Origin: Candidatus Thermosaccharophagus tengchongensis
Lineage (GTDB): Bacteria; Armatimonadota; Fervidibacteria; Fervidibacterales; Thermosaccharophagaceae
Assembly (NCBI GenBank): GCA_032161105.1
Contig: JAVHTD010000026.1
Length of the DNA: 39,662 nt
Reading direction: 5' to 3' (one strand)
The position numbers were made by a program, and so were the translations under genes. Below the pieces are notes generated by a model. That model was not told the DNA's origin. It saw only the letters and a program-made list of their open reading frames with translations, and searched no databases. Positions 1 through 8,566 of the stretch are shown one piece after another (position 1 is the stretch's first letter; the number at the start of each line of letters is the position of its first letter).

Positions 1-2264
1 TTTGCGATGCCTTCTTTCAACAGCCTTTCTGCCTCAGCGCTCAATGAACTTTTGAACCTCCGTTCCCGAACCATTCGGCTCAACATTGTCAAGATTTCGT
101 AATCTTGCACACCTTCACGAATTGCTTCCATGTGCTTTGCGGGGGTCACGCTATCGGGCGCAATGAACAAAGGCGTATAGCAATTGCGCGGGTCAAGGTA
201 AGCGTTCCAGCAAGAGTTGCCACCGTTGTCACCGAACGCCCAGAAGAACATCTCATCAGCCCCGATGGCGAAACAGTGCCAAGCCTGCAAGCGATAGTAA
301 GCGTAAGGGTCAAGAAGTTTGCTCGGTCCGCTGCAAGAGTAAAGTGCCAACCGCTTGCCTTTTGCTTTCCAGCCGAGATAGAACTCCTCATGTGCTTTGG
401 GGTTTCTCAGCCAAATTGCCCGTTGCGGGCAAAGGACATCAACGACTTCAGGAAGTTGCGGGTTCATCCTTTGCGGTTCGCTCCATGTCGGGTCAACCCA
501 AATGACAACTTCTGGTGCAGCCTTCTTGATTGCTTTTGCCCAAGCAATTGTCAATTCATCCTGTTCAGGCGTGTGAGGTTCATCAACGAGCAAGACGCCA
601 AATTGACCTTTCTTCAAACCTCGCTTTTGAGCGTGTCGCCACCAAAAAGCAATCCACTCTCCGACCTTTCGTTCAAACTCCGGCGTCCCAACTTTTGAGC
701 CTTCAAAACTGTTTCCAGCATTGACGAAAACATAAAAGCGACTTGCCCCACGCCAACGGTTAAGCCATTGGTCAAAGGCAGTAGTGTCAGGTTCTTCAAC
801 CATTCTGCCTTGCGCATCAAACTTGCCTGATGGCAAAACGAAGCGACTTGCCCAAGGAATGTCTACAAAGTGCTCCCTCAAATGGGTAATGAAAGCGTCT
901 CGGTTTTTCGGGTTGACCCCGTATCGCTCTTCAACATCGGTGTAATCCCAACCACCCAAATGCAACGACATGCGGTCAGGCAAAGTCAATGGCAAAACCG
1001 TCAACCGAAGCGGGATTGAAACTTTATCGCCGGCGTCGGATGTGATGACGATGCGAGCATTGTAATCGCCCGAAAGCGCTTTCCTTGTTGGCTTGAAATT
1101 CAACCACGCTTGTCCAACCATGCCCGATGCGACAGCGAACCGTTCGCCTTTCGGCAAAGCGGCGGCAATAGGGACACCTTCCTTCGTGTCCGTCCAAAGG
1201 GCATGATGTGGCTCAACAACGATTGTGTCAGGCAAGCCTTGCACTTGCACGCGAACCGCAATCGGTCGCTCACGAACATTGACAATGTTGATGGCAATTG
1301 GGCGAACCTCATTTCGCAGCAAAATAAGTTCCACTCTTTCCATTACCACTTTTGGCAGCGGGTTCTCTGTCAGGTAGGGCAATGGGTCGTAGGGCGATGA
1401 TGCGACGAAAGCGACGAACGGCTTCATCCCCTTTGCTCGCCACAATTGCGCTTGAACTTCAAACAACCGTGCATGCCAATCGTTCAAAGGCAAGGTTGTT
1501 CGGAATGAAGCAGGATTGTCAATGGCGAAGGCTTTCGGCACAAAGTTCGCGAGTTCATCCAATTGTTGGCGAATTTGTGATTTCGTTGGCTCAGCGATTT
1601 TCGCTTGCTCAACAATTTGCCGCAAGGTGGCTAAATCTTCCTTCAAACGCCTCAAGGCGCACCGCTCAATTTCCTTGCGCTGGGCGAAAATTTTCAAATC
1701 GGCAATCGGCTCGCTTGCAAAAGGTTGAAATCGCCAATTTGGGTCGCCCTCGTAAACCTCAATTTCGTCAACGAAGCAGAACGAACCTTGCGGGATGACC
1801 ACGAAAGCAACGAACCGTCCATGAGTTTGCCATTGGTCAGTCCAGAACCGATGGACTGCGTAACCTTGAGCAGGTGGCGGACCGTTTTGCTCATTGCTCG
1901 CTTGAACTAACTCGCCGACTTCATGCCATTGTTTGCCGTCAACGCTGACCAAAACCCAAATCGCTGCAGGGAACTCAACTCCAGCGACACCTGCAGCGGT
2001 GTTAAACGATGCACCTGCAATTGAAACATCACGACCCAAGTCAACAACGATGAAAACAGGGCTGACATTTCGCCACCCGACAGTGCTCTTTTGTGTCCAG
2101 AAGTAGCCTTGTGTGTATTTGCCGTCGGTCAGTTGAATTCGGTCATCTGGGTCGGTGCAATAAAGGTAGTTGGGTGCGGGTTGAAGCGTATAGGGGCAAT
2201 TGACAGCGATGTTGGGGCGCTGCAAAAGAAAGTTAAGCAAGACAGCCGCAAACCAAACCAGCAC
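1..2264 (-). CDS. Secreted DUF4091/GH123-like glycoside hydrolase with N-terminal discoidin (F5/8-type)-like domain; 3'-partial, runs off the left edge
   Basis: Absent from the ORF track because there is no stop before the window edge. GTG at 2264 follows an SD-like AGGTGGTGA. My translation: MLVWFAAVLLNFLLQ (signal-like), then QLTDGKYTQGYFW...IVVDLGRD...VSVDGKQW (discoidin-like), GDYNARIVI...PLRLTVLPLTLPD, LLVDEPH (DE pair) and C-terminal HMEAIREGVQDYEIL (DUF4091-type motif); about 754 codons in window. Confidence 0.8.
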   Translation of the reverse strand, partial: MLVWFAAVLLNFLLQRPNIAVNCPYTLQPAPNYLYCTDPDDRIQLTDGKYTQGYFWTQKSTVGWRNVSPVFIVVDLGRDVSIAGASFNTAAGVAGVEFPAAIWVLVSVDGKQWHEVGELVQASNEQNGPPPAQGYAVHRFWTDQWQTHGRFVAFVVIPQGSFCFVDEIEVYEGDPNWRFQPFASEPIADLKIFAQRKEIERCALRRLKEDLATLRQIVEQAKIAEPTKSQIRQQLDELANFVPKAFAIDNPASFRTTLPLNDWHARLFEVQAQLWRAKGMKPFVAFVASSPYDPLPYLTENPLPKVVMERVELILLRNEVRPIAINIVNVRERPIAVRVQVQGLPDTIVVEPHHALWTDTKEGVPIAAALPKGERFAVASGMVGQAWLNFKPTRKALSGDYNARIVITSDAGDKVSIPLRLTVLPLTLPDRMSLHLGGWDYTDVEERYGVNPKNRDAFITHLREHFVDIPWASRFVLPSGKFDAQGRMVEEPDTTAFDQWLNRWRGASRFYVFVNAGNSFEGSKVGTPEFERKVGEWIAFWWRHAQKRGLKKGQFGVLLVDEPHTPEQDELTIAWAKAIKKAAPEVVIWVDPTWSEPQRMNPQLPEVVDVLCPQRAIWLRNPKAHEEFYLGWKAKGKRLALYSCSGPSKLLDPYAYYRLQAWHCFAIGADEMFFWAFGDNGGNSCWNAYLDPRNCYTPLFIAPDSVTPAKHMEAIREGVQDYEILTMLSRMVRERRFKSSLSAEAERLLKEGIA

Positions 2265-2493
2265 CGCTTTTCACCACCTGTTCGCCTTAAGGCTGATTTG
2301 AGCGAACCCGACCGAAAATTTTGCCCCACATTCATCCGTTCTGGTTCAATTGTGTTTCTTCACTTTGCACTCTTGTCAAATGCATGTGGGGCGTTCAAAA
2401 ATTGTGAGTGGTCAGGGTGAATTGGGTCAGGCAGTATTTGACGAGAAATCAGTGCGGTTCATGTTTGGTTGGACCGCGCGGGAGGGATCAGAG

Positions 2494-2706
2494 ATGGGAG
2501 AGCAAAAGCGAGTGTTTGATGTCCCACGAATGTGGCTAATTTTGGGCGTAGCCGGTTTAGTCATCGCTGTCGTCCTCTGGCTTTACGCCATCTTGACACC
2601 CGGTCGGCAAGATTCCGCCGTTTCCGTCGGCAGCGCCTTTTTCTCATCGGGAGTGGTCTTGCTTGTCGGTTCGCACTTAGTTTCTTTGTTGAAACGGCAG
2701 AGTTGA
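2494..2706 (+). CDS. Small hypothetical membrane protein (70 aa, two predicted TM helices)
   Basis: SD GGGAGGGA before ATG 2494; hydrophobic segments MWLILGVAGLVIAVVLWLYAIL and AFFSSGVVLLVGSHLVSLL; fills the gap between two minus-strand genes. Confidence 0.65.
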   Translation: MGEQKRVFDVPRMWLILGVAGLVIAVVLWLYAILTPGRQDSAVSVGSAFFSSGVVLLVGSHLVSLLKRQS

Positions 2707-2715
2707 TTTGATGAG

Positions 2716-4671
2716 TTACGCCTTTGACAACCAAACAGTCATTGGTCCAGCGTCCCTGTTTGCCCAAGCGAAATATGGGATGGCAACAAAGCGAATTGGG
2801 CGAATGTGTGGAGAAATTGACCGCAAGGGTTGATAAAGGGCGTTTTCCCAGCGTCTCAACTCAACCGCAATACCTTCTCCTTGAACAGCGACGACTGGCA
2901 AGTTGGCAATGCTTTTCGGGATGGCTGTTAGGGGTCGGTCTGTCCTCACTGCAATGCACCAAACATCCACTTCAGGGTTGTCAACTTGCTCAAGGCAATA
3001 AACGATGGGACCGCGTTGAATCGCGACGCGACCGCCGTTGGGTTCAACAAACGGATGGCAAACAACAAATTCCGTCGGCATTTCAAGCGATAGTTGAACC
3101 GTGTCCGTTCGCTTCCACTCGCGCTGAATTGTAGCGAAAGCGCCGGGTTTGGCATCAAAGGTTTGACCGTTGACCTTGACAGTTGCTTTAGGACACCATT
3201 GTGGAATCCGCAACCTCAAAGCGAGGTTGACGGGTTGCTCCGGTTGAATTTGCAACTCAACCGTGCCATCCCAAGGGTAATCGGTGCGCTGAATGAGAGT
3301 TATCGGAACGCCTTTGAAATTTAGCGTCGCAGTGCTTTCGGCATAAAGGTTGACAAAGATGCCGTCATCGTTGATGGCATAAAGGAAACTTTGAACCATC
3401 GGCAGTAACCGGGCGATATTTGGCGGGCAACACGCGCACTCAAACCAAGGTTGGCGACGATGCTGACCCCGATTTGCAAGCGGGTTGACATAGAAGTAAG
3501 ACTTGCCGTCCAAGCCAATGCCTGAAAGCGCACCGTTGAACAACGAACGCTCAAGCACATCAATAAACTGAGCCTCACCCGTCAGCAGAAACATTCGCCA
3601 CTGCCAAAGGATGTTGGCTATAGCGGCACAAGTTTCAGCGTAAGCCCGTTCATTTGGCAACTCGTAATCGCGTCCAAATGCTTCACCCTCATAGCGAGCG
3701 CCACAACCGCCGGTCACATAGATCCGCCTTTCTGTCAAGTTTCGCCACATCCGTTGAAGCGCTCGCATCAATGTATCGTCCCCAATCTCGGCGTAAAGGT
3801 CGGCAGCGCCAGCGTTAAGGTAAAGTGCTCGGACAGCGTGACCTGTAACTTCGTCAAGTTCGCGGAAAGGTTTGTGGTCTTGGTGGTAAGGTGAGCCGCC
3901 GATGCGTTTTTGACCTCGGACATCAACGAAAAATTGAGCCAAGTTCAAATAGCGTTGCTCACCTGTTTCTCGGTAAAGTTCCACCAACGCCATTTCAACT
4001 TCGGGGTGACCGTCAGGTTCCTCCTTTTTGCCCCAACCGAAAACTTTGTCAATCAAGTCAGCGAAACGGGTCGCAACTTTGAGCAATCTATCGTCGCCAG
4101 TTACTCGGTGGTGGGCAACTGCCGCTTGGAAAAGGTGCCCGGCGCAATAAAGTTCGTGCATGTCACGCAAGTTTGTCCAGCGTTGACCTTTGCGTTCAAG
4201 TGAGAAGTAGGTGTTCAAGTATCCGTCTTCGTCTTGCGCCGCCTCAATTTCTGGGATGATGCGGTTAATCAACTCAGCGACTTTCGCGTTGTATTGCACG
4301 GCAAGCGACCACGCAGCCGCTTCAATCCACTTGTAGACATCGCTGTCGTTGAAGTAAAGCCCCCGAAAATCGCCCTTTACCTTGCCGAAAACCCTCCTAA
4401 AGTTGTCAAGCCTTCCTGTCTTCTCAATCAACTCATACTGTGTGGGCAAGGTAACCTCTTGGAGTGCAACTAACCTCGGCTGCCAAAATTGATCGTGCAA
4501 TTTGACCACGCCAATCGGTATGGGACGCAACTTCGCATGAGGACTTTTAGTTGTGTCAACAACGAAACTTTGCTTGCCCATCTGATGCACACCTCCACCT
4601 CGCCTTTGCATCACCAGCAGGCTTGTGCCAACTCCAAGCGTCAAAACATGCAAAAATTCCCGTCGCTTCAT
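2716..4671 (-). CDS. GH127 beta-L-arabinofuranosidase-family glycoside hydrolase with Tat-like N-terminus
   Basis: Motifs FNDSDVYKWIEA, HELYCAGH, GHPEVEMAL, GHAVRALY, GEAFG, YAETCAA, CACCPPN (Zn/Cys catalytic site of GH127); N-terminus MKRREFL; SD GGAGG 9 nt before ATG 4671. Confidence 0.92.
   Translation of the reverse strand: MKRREFLHVLTLGVGTSLLVMQRRGGGVHQMGKQSFVVDTTKSPHAKLRPIPIGVVKLHDQFWQPRLVALQEVTLPTQYELIEKTGRLDNFRRVFGKVKGDFRGLYFNDSDVYKWIEAAAWSLAVQYNAKVAELINRIIPEIEAAQDEDGYLNTYFSLERKGQRWTNLRDMHELYCAGHLFQAAVAHHRVTGDDRLLKVATRFADLIDKVFGWGKKEEPDGHPEVEMALVELYRETGEQRYLNLAQFFVDVRGQKRIGGSPYHQDHKPFRELDEVTGHAVRALYLNAGAADLYAEIGDDTLMRALQRMWRNLTERRIYVTGGCGARYEGEAFGRDYELPNERAYAETCAAIANILWQWRMFLLTGEAQFIDVLERSLFNGALSGIGLDGKSYFYVNPLANRGQHRRQPWFECACCPPNIARLLPMVQSFLYAINDDGIFVNLYAESTATLNFKGVPITLIQRTDYPWDGTVELQIQPEQPVNLALRLRIPQWCPKATVKVNGQTFDAKPGAFATIQREWKRTDTVQLSLEMPTEFVVCHPFVEPNGGRVAIQRGPIVYCLEQVDNPEVDVWCIAVRTDRPLTAIPKSIANLPVVAVQGEGIAVELRRWENALYQPLRSISPHIRPIRFVAIPYFAWANRDAGPMTVWLSKA
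4579..4596 (-). promoter_or_regulatory. Internal in-frame Shine-Dalgarno (GGAGGTG) plus ATG within the GH127 gene; candidate second translation start
   Basis: Minus strand reads GGAGGTG-TGCATCAG-ATG GGC AAG; ATG at 4581 is 90 nt (30 codons) downstream of, and in frame with, ATG 4671. Confidence 0.6.
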
Positions 4672-4688
4672 CACCGTTACCCTCCACA

Positions 4689-6248
4689 CTATGAGCCACC
4701 ATTTTTCTCCTTCACGACCTTAATCGCCCCCTCCCGCACCTCCGAACTCGCGCCTATCGGCTGCTCAGCCATTTCTAAGCGGTTACCCTCCAAAACAATG
4801 CCTTCTGTGTGCTTGCCGCATACGCCAAGAAAAACCTTTGTTCCCAGCGGAGCTTTACATTCCATCACCGAGATAAAGCGGCAGTTATGAAGCATAATTA
4901 TGGGCAACTTCTCACCAGTCGGTGGCGTGCGCAAGATGTTAGCCAAAGTGCCACCTTCAACTTCATGCAACCATATGGCTGAGCGCTCACACTTATTGTG
5001 GACTTCGCCCGAGATGTCCGCAGTGAAATCCCTCACCTTCAATCCTTTGACATGGGCAATAGTGGCATACGATGGTTGGCGCGCATAAATGACATCACGC
5101 TCATCGGATGTCGTTCGGCTACCGCCAATGTGTTTTCGGCGCTGCGAATAATCTTCAAACCTTGTCACATGAAGGCTAATGCGTTCCATGATGAGCCCTT
5201 CAATCGGTCTTTCTGGCATCCCCTGAATAAGTATGCCGCTACCAGTGCGGATGGAAATGCGTTCAAGCGTGACATTGCGGATAAAACCGAGATCTGAGTC
5301 CTTATGACGGCGTTCAATGTCCATGAAGATGGGAAACGAGCGTGCATCGGGTGTTGGGCGAGTTTCAATGGATATTTCGGAAAATGACACATTTTCCATC
5401 GTCCCGCCATCCTTCATGTAAAGCCCAATGCCAACGGTTGAATTGCGGATGGTGCAGCGTGAAAACCGAATATTGCGGAAAAGTCCGCGAGATTCCGTGC
5501 CCAACTTCAACGCTGTAGCCCTCGTCTCCAAAACGCAGTCTCTGACTTCCACATCCTCGCACGGGTGAGGCTCTGTCGTTTTCACGGCAATGCAATCGTC
5601 GCCAGCAACGATGTCGCACTTAACGATGCGCACATTTCGGCAGCAGTTTGGATTTATGCCGTCAGAGTTAATGCGATCATAATTGTTGCGGATGGTGACG
5701 CCCTCAACGAGGACTCCTTCACAGCGCTTAAGATGAATTGTCCACGAGTCGCTGTAGTAGATGGTGATGCCACGAATGATGACATTGTGGCAATCCTCAA
5801 AGAGCATAATGCCATAACGAAATTCGCCATGCTGGCGCTTTTGCAGCGGTTGATCGGCATAGCCCTGTATTTTGCCCGAACCAATTACGGCGACATCTCT
5901 TGCACCCTTTGCCAGAATCAAATGACCATAGTGTTCATTCTCAAAGTGCTTGGGCGAGCGGCTCACCCAAATGGTAGCCTTAGCATCCAGAAGCAATGTG
6001 ACACCGCTGCGAAGCTGCAGCGTGCCAGTAAGATAATCGCCGTGCGGAAAATAAACAATGCCGCCACCCGAGTTAGCACAAGCATCAATAGCAGCTTGAA
6101 TGGCAGCCTGATCATTGGCGACTTTGTCACCCCTTGCGCCAAAATCACGGATGTTGAATTTCGCCCTCTCACCGCCCACCAATGAGCTGCCATACAACAT
6201 CGCAAATGCCGTTTTACCTGTTACCTCAAGGAAGGTTCGCCGCTTCAT
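4689..6248 (-). CDS. GH28-like (polygalacturonase-family) right-handed beta-helix glycoside hydrolase with Tat-like signal
   Basis: FNIRDFGARGD, AIQAAIDAC, GGGIVYFPHGDYLTGTLQLRSGVTL, NSDGI, GDDCIAVK, KLGTES; N-terminus MKRRTFL. Confidence 0.85.
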   Translation of the reverse strand: MKRRTFLEVTGKTAFAMLYGSSLVGGERAKFNIRDFGARGDKVANDQAAIQAAIDACANSGGGIVYFPHGDYLTGTLQLRSGVTLLLDAKATIWVSRSPKHFENEHYGHLILAKGARDVAVIGSGKIQGYADQPLQKRQHGEFRYGIMLFEDCHNVIIRGITIYYSDSWTIHLKRCEGVLVEGVTIRNNYDRINSDGINPNCCRNVRIVKCDIVAGDDCIAVKTTEPHPCEDVEVRDCVLETRATALKLGTESRGLFRNIRFSRCTIRNSTVGIGLYMKDGGTMENVSFSEISIETRPTPDARSFPIFMDIERRHKDSDLGFIRNVTLERISIRTGSGILIQGMPERPIEGLIMERISLHVTRFEDYSQRRKHIGGSRTTSDERDVIYARQPSYATIAHVKGLKVRDFTADISGEVHNKCERSAIWLHEVEGGTLANILRTPPTGEKLPIIMLHNCRFISVMECKAPLGTKVFLGVCGKHTEGIVLEGNRLEMAEQPIGASSEVREGAIKVVKEKNGGS

Positions 6249-6290
6249 TGGGCTCACCCGTTATCCATCTGCTTTGAAGACCAAAAGCAG

Positions 6291-7328
6291 CTAAGGAAGC
6301 TCAATTGGCTCCCATCTCTTCGTGTGCATTGACTTGTAGGCGGCATCAAGTATCACATTGACGATATAGCCATCTTCAAAAGTCTCCCTCGGCATCTTCC
6401 CCTCTGCAACGCATTCAACGAAGTGGCGCATCTCCTCATGGTAGCCATAAACCCTCGCCTCATCAACGCATGGGAATACCCAACCAACCTCAAGCTCCCC
6501 CTTCTCAACGACATATCCGCTGCCCTTTAATGTGAACGCCCTTATGGGTGTGCTCCGCGTCACATCGGTGAATATGACGCCCTCGGTGCCGTAAATCTCA
6601 TTTCTCAAGTCAAGCCCACCACGCGAACTCCAACTTGTTTCGGTGATGCTGAGCTGCCCGCCCTCAAACCTCAAGAGCAAAACGGCGTTATCTTCGCCCT
6701 TTGTCCTGTCACGGTGATATAGCAAATCGCCCCATGCAATGCACTCAACTGGACGAACATTCTTCCCGATGAAGTATCTTGCAGCCTCAATGCAATGGCA
6801 GCCCATGTCAAGGAGTGCGCCACCGCCGCTTTGGTCCACATCCCAAAAGTGGTCCGAGTGTGGACCAAAATGTGCCTCCCTTGAACGCACCATCAGGACT
6901 TCGCCAATGCTGCCGCGCTCAATCAATGCCCTTGCGTGCATGACTGCGGGAGAGAATACCTCAGTCTCGGCATATCCGTGGATGACACCAGCACCTCGCA
7001 CCGCATCAAGCATCTCCAACGCCTCACTCGCGTTCCTTGCAAGCGGCTTTGTGCACACAACATTCTTCTTCGCCTCAGCGCAGAGTATCGCCGCGTCACG
7101 GTGCATATTGTTTGGCAAGCCAATTATCACCAAGTCAACATCGTCACGCTCAACCACATCACGCATGTTTGTGGTCCACTGTTTTATGCCCCACTTCTGC
7201 GCAAACGCCCTTGCTCGCTCTTCGCTACGCGAGTAGTTGATCACGACCTCCTGATTCGGCACATCCCTCAAGCCCTGCATGTAAAACTCAGCCACAAAGC
7301 CGCTTCCGAGCATGCCTATGCGCACCAT
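6291..7328 (-). CDS. Gfo/Idh/MocA family NAD(P)-dependent oxidoreductase
   Basis: RIGMLGSGFVA Rossmann motif, PNNMH, CTKPLA (EKP-like), SGGGALLDMGCH; strong SD GGAGGTGA. Confidence 0.9.
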   Translation of the reverse strand: MVRIGMLGSGFVAEFYMQGLRDVPNQEVVINYSRSEERARAFAQKWGIKQWTTNMRDVVERDDVDLVIIGLPNNMHRDAAILCAEAKKNVVCTKPLARNASEALEMLDAVRGAGVIHGYAETEVFSPAVMHARALIERGSIGEVLMVRSREAHFGPHSDHFWDVDQSGGGALLDMGCHCIEAARYFIGKNVRPVECIAWGDLLYHRDRTKGEDNAVLLLRFEGGQLSITETSWSSRGGLDLRNEIYGTEGVIFTDVTRSTPIRAFTLKGSGYVVEKGELEVGWVFPCVDEARVYGYHEEMRHFVECVAEGKMPRETFEDGYIVNVILDAAYKSMHTKRWEPIELP

Positions 7329-7393
7329 TTCACCTTCACCTCCAGCTCAAAAGTCTTAGCCGCAATGCCTGTGCTTTTTACATCTTGCCATAG

Positions 7394-7412
7394 CATTGCC
7401 ATCTCGGCAATG
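7394..7412. repeat. Perfect 7-bp inverted repeat (CATTGCC-N5-GGCAATG); possible operator or hairpin
   Basis: Read directly in the 196-bp gap upstream of the Gfo/Idh/MocA gene. Confidence 0.4.
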
Positions 7413-7478
7413 ACTCAAATTCACAAGAATGGACGCCAACGCCTTTGCGCTATCAACATTCTGGCGATGACCTCAACC

Positions 7479-7498
7479 CACAGGTGTGCACGCCTGTG
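7479..7498. repeat. Near-perfect 20-bp palindrome CACAGGTGTGCACGCCTGTG; hairpin or operator
   Basis: 18/20 self-complementary, about 27 nt downstream of the GNAT stop; no clear U-tract. Confidence 0.4.
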
Positions 7499-7524
7499 CC
7501 ACTTTCACCCGCTTGATTTTTGAT

Positions 7525-8469
7525 TCAACCGCAGCGCCGTGAAAGTATGCGAAAGCGCCTCGCAACGCGAAAGCCAAAGCGCGAGTAAAAGCGCTCAACC
7601 AATTCCTGTGATGTCCAAAGCATCCATGCGTTATGTAACCCTTTTGAGCGCATGACCTGCAAACATTTGAGCATCAACGCGCTGCCTATGCCCATCCCCT
7701 GCACATCCTCACGGACTCCTATCGGTCCAAAGTGCTCCCCGTCAAATTGGCAATAGCCGAGCACATCGCCATCTCGCTCGGCAATGATGAACTGCTCATA
7801 ATCGCAAAGCCCGTAAGTTGCATTGGTGAGCAACTCCCTTGCATGCCTAACCCAATCGCCTGGCATGTGCCCCTTGAGAAACTGCATTAGCTTCGGTATC
7901 TCATGCTGGTGCATTGTGCGCACGCAAATCCCAAGCCCTTTCACCCTCTCCTCATACCCGATGAATTGACCGAAGTCAAGCGTTGAGATGTTCGCCTCAG
8001 CGCTGACAGCCAATGAAACAACATCAAACCCAAAGTGAGAGAGCAACCTTATGGCATCAGCGTATCGCTCCTCATCAACGCCTGGGATGAAGTAATTCGG
8101 CGTGTATGGAGAAACAAGAACCTCACTTCTCCCAGCACTTTCAAACAGCGACAGCGCATGCTCAATCAAAGCCTTGCCAATGCCCCTTCGGCGATACCCA
8201 GTTTGAACACCAAATGCCGTTATCCAACCACGCCCCTCTTCAAGCCCAACCTTCTCCATCGGCGCTCTCCTTATCAGGCAGAGACAAAACCCAACTGGCT
8301 CATCATCAACTTCGGCAACCAGAAGCCAACTTGGGTCAAAGTTCGGATCAAGCAAAACCTTCCTTCGGAATGTGCGCTTATCAACTGCATCGTATGGCAT
8401 TGCCTCATTCCAAAGCGAGATGAGCTTTGGCTCATCCTCACTTCGGTAACCACGAACCTTTAAGCCCAT
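7525..8469 (-). CDS. Tandem (two-domain) GNAT N-acetyltransferase
   Basis: Two acetyl-CoA binding motifs, VQTGYRRRGIGKAL and GPIGVREDVQGMGIGSAL; FYSRFGF at the C-terminus. Confidence 0.88.
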   Translation of the reverse strand: MGLKVRGYRSEDEPKLISLWNEAMPYDAVDKRTFRRKVLLDPNFDPSWLLVAEVDDEPVGFCLCLIRRAPMEKVGLEEGRGWITAFGVQTGYRRRGIGKALIEHALSLFESAGRSEVLVSPYTPNYFIPGVDEERYADAIRLLSHFGFDVVSLAVSAEANISTLDFGQFIGYEERVKGLGICVRTMHQHEIPKLMQFLKGHMPGDWVRHARELLTNATYGLCDYEQFIIAERDGDVLGYCQFDGEHFGPIGVREDVQGMGIGSALMLKCLQVMRSKGLHNAWMLWTSQELVERFYSRFGFRVARRFRILSRRCG

Positions 8470-8566
8470 GACAAATACTCACCTACAACAGCATGAAAGG
8501 ATGAAATGCGCCACTCAAACAATCGGCAGCCAGCTTCAGCCATCAACTCAACGCACCGTGAAGCGC

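Noticed and set aside
1..2264. Apparent non-coding or pseudogene region with many short ORFs in the track
   Set aside because: It is one continuous minus-strand frame running off the window; the listed short ORFs are shadows
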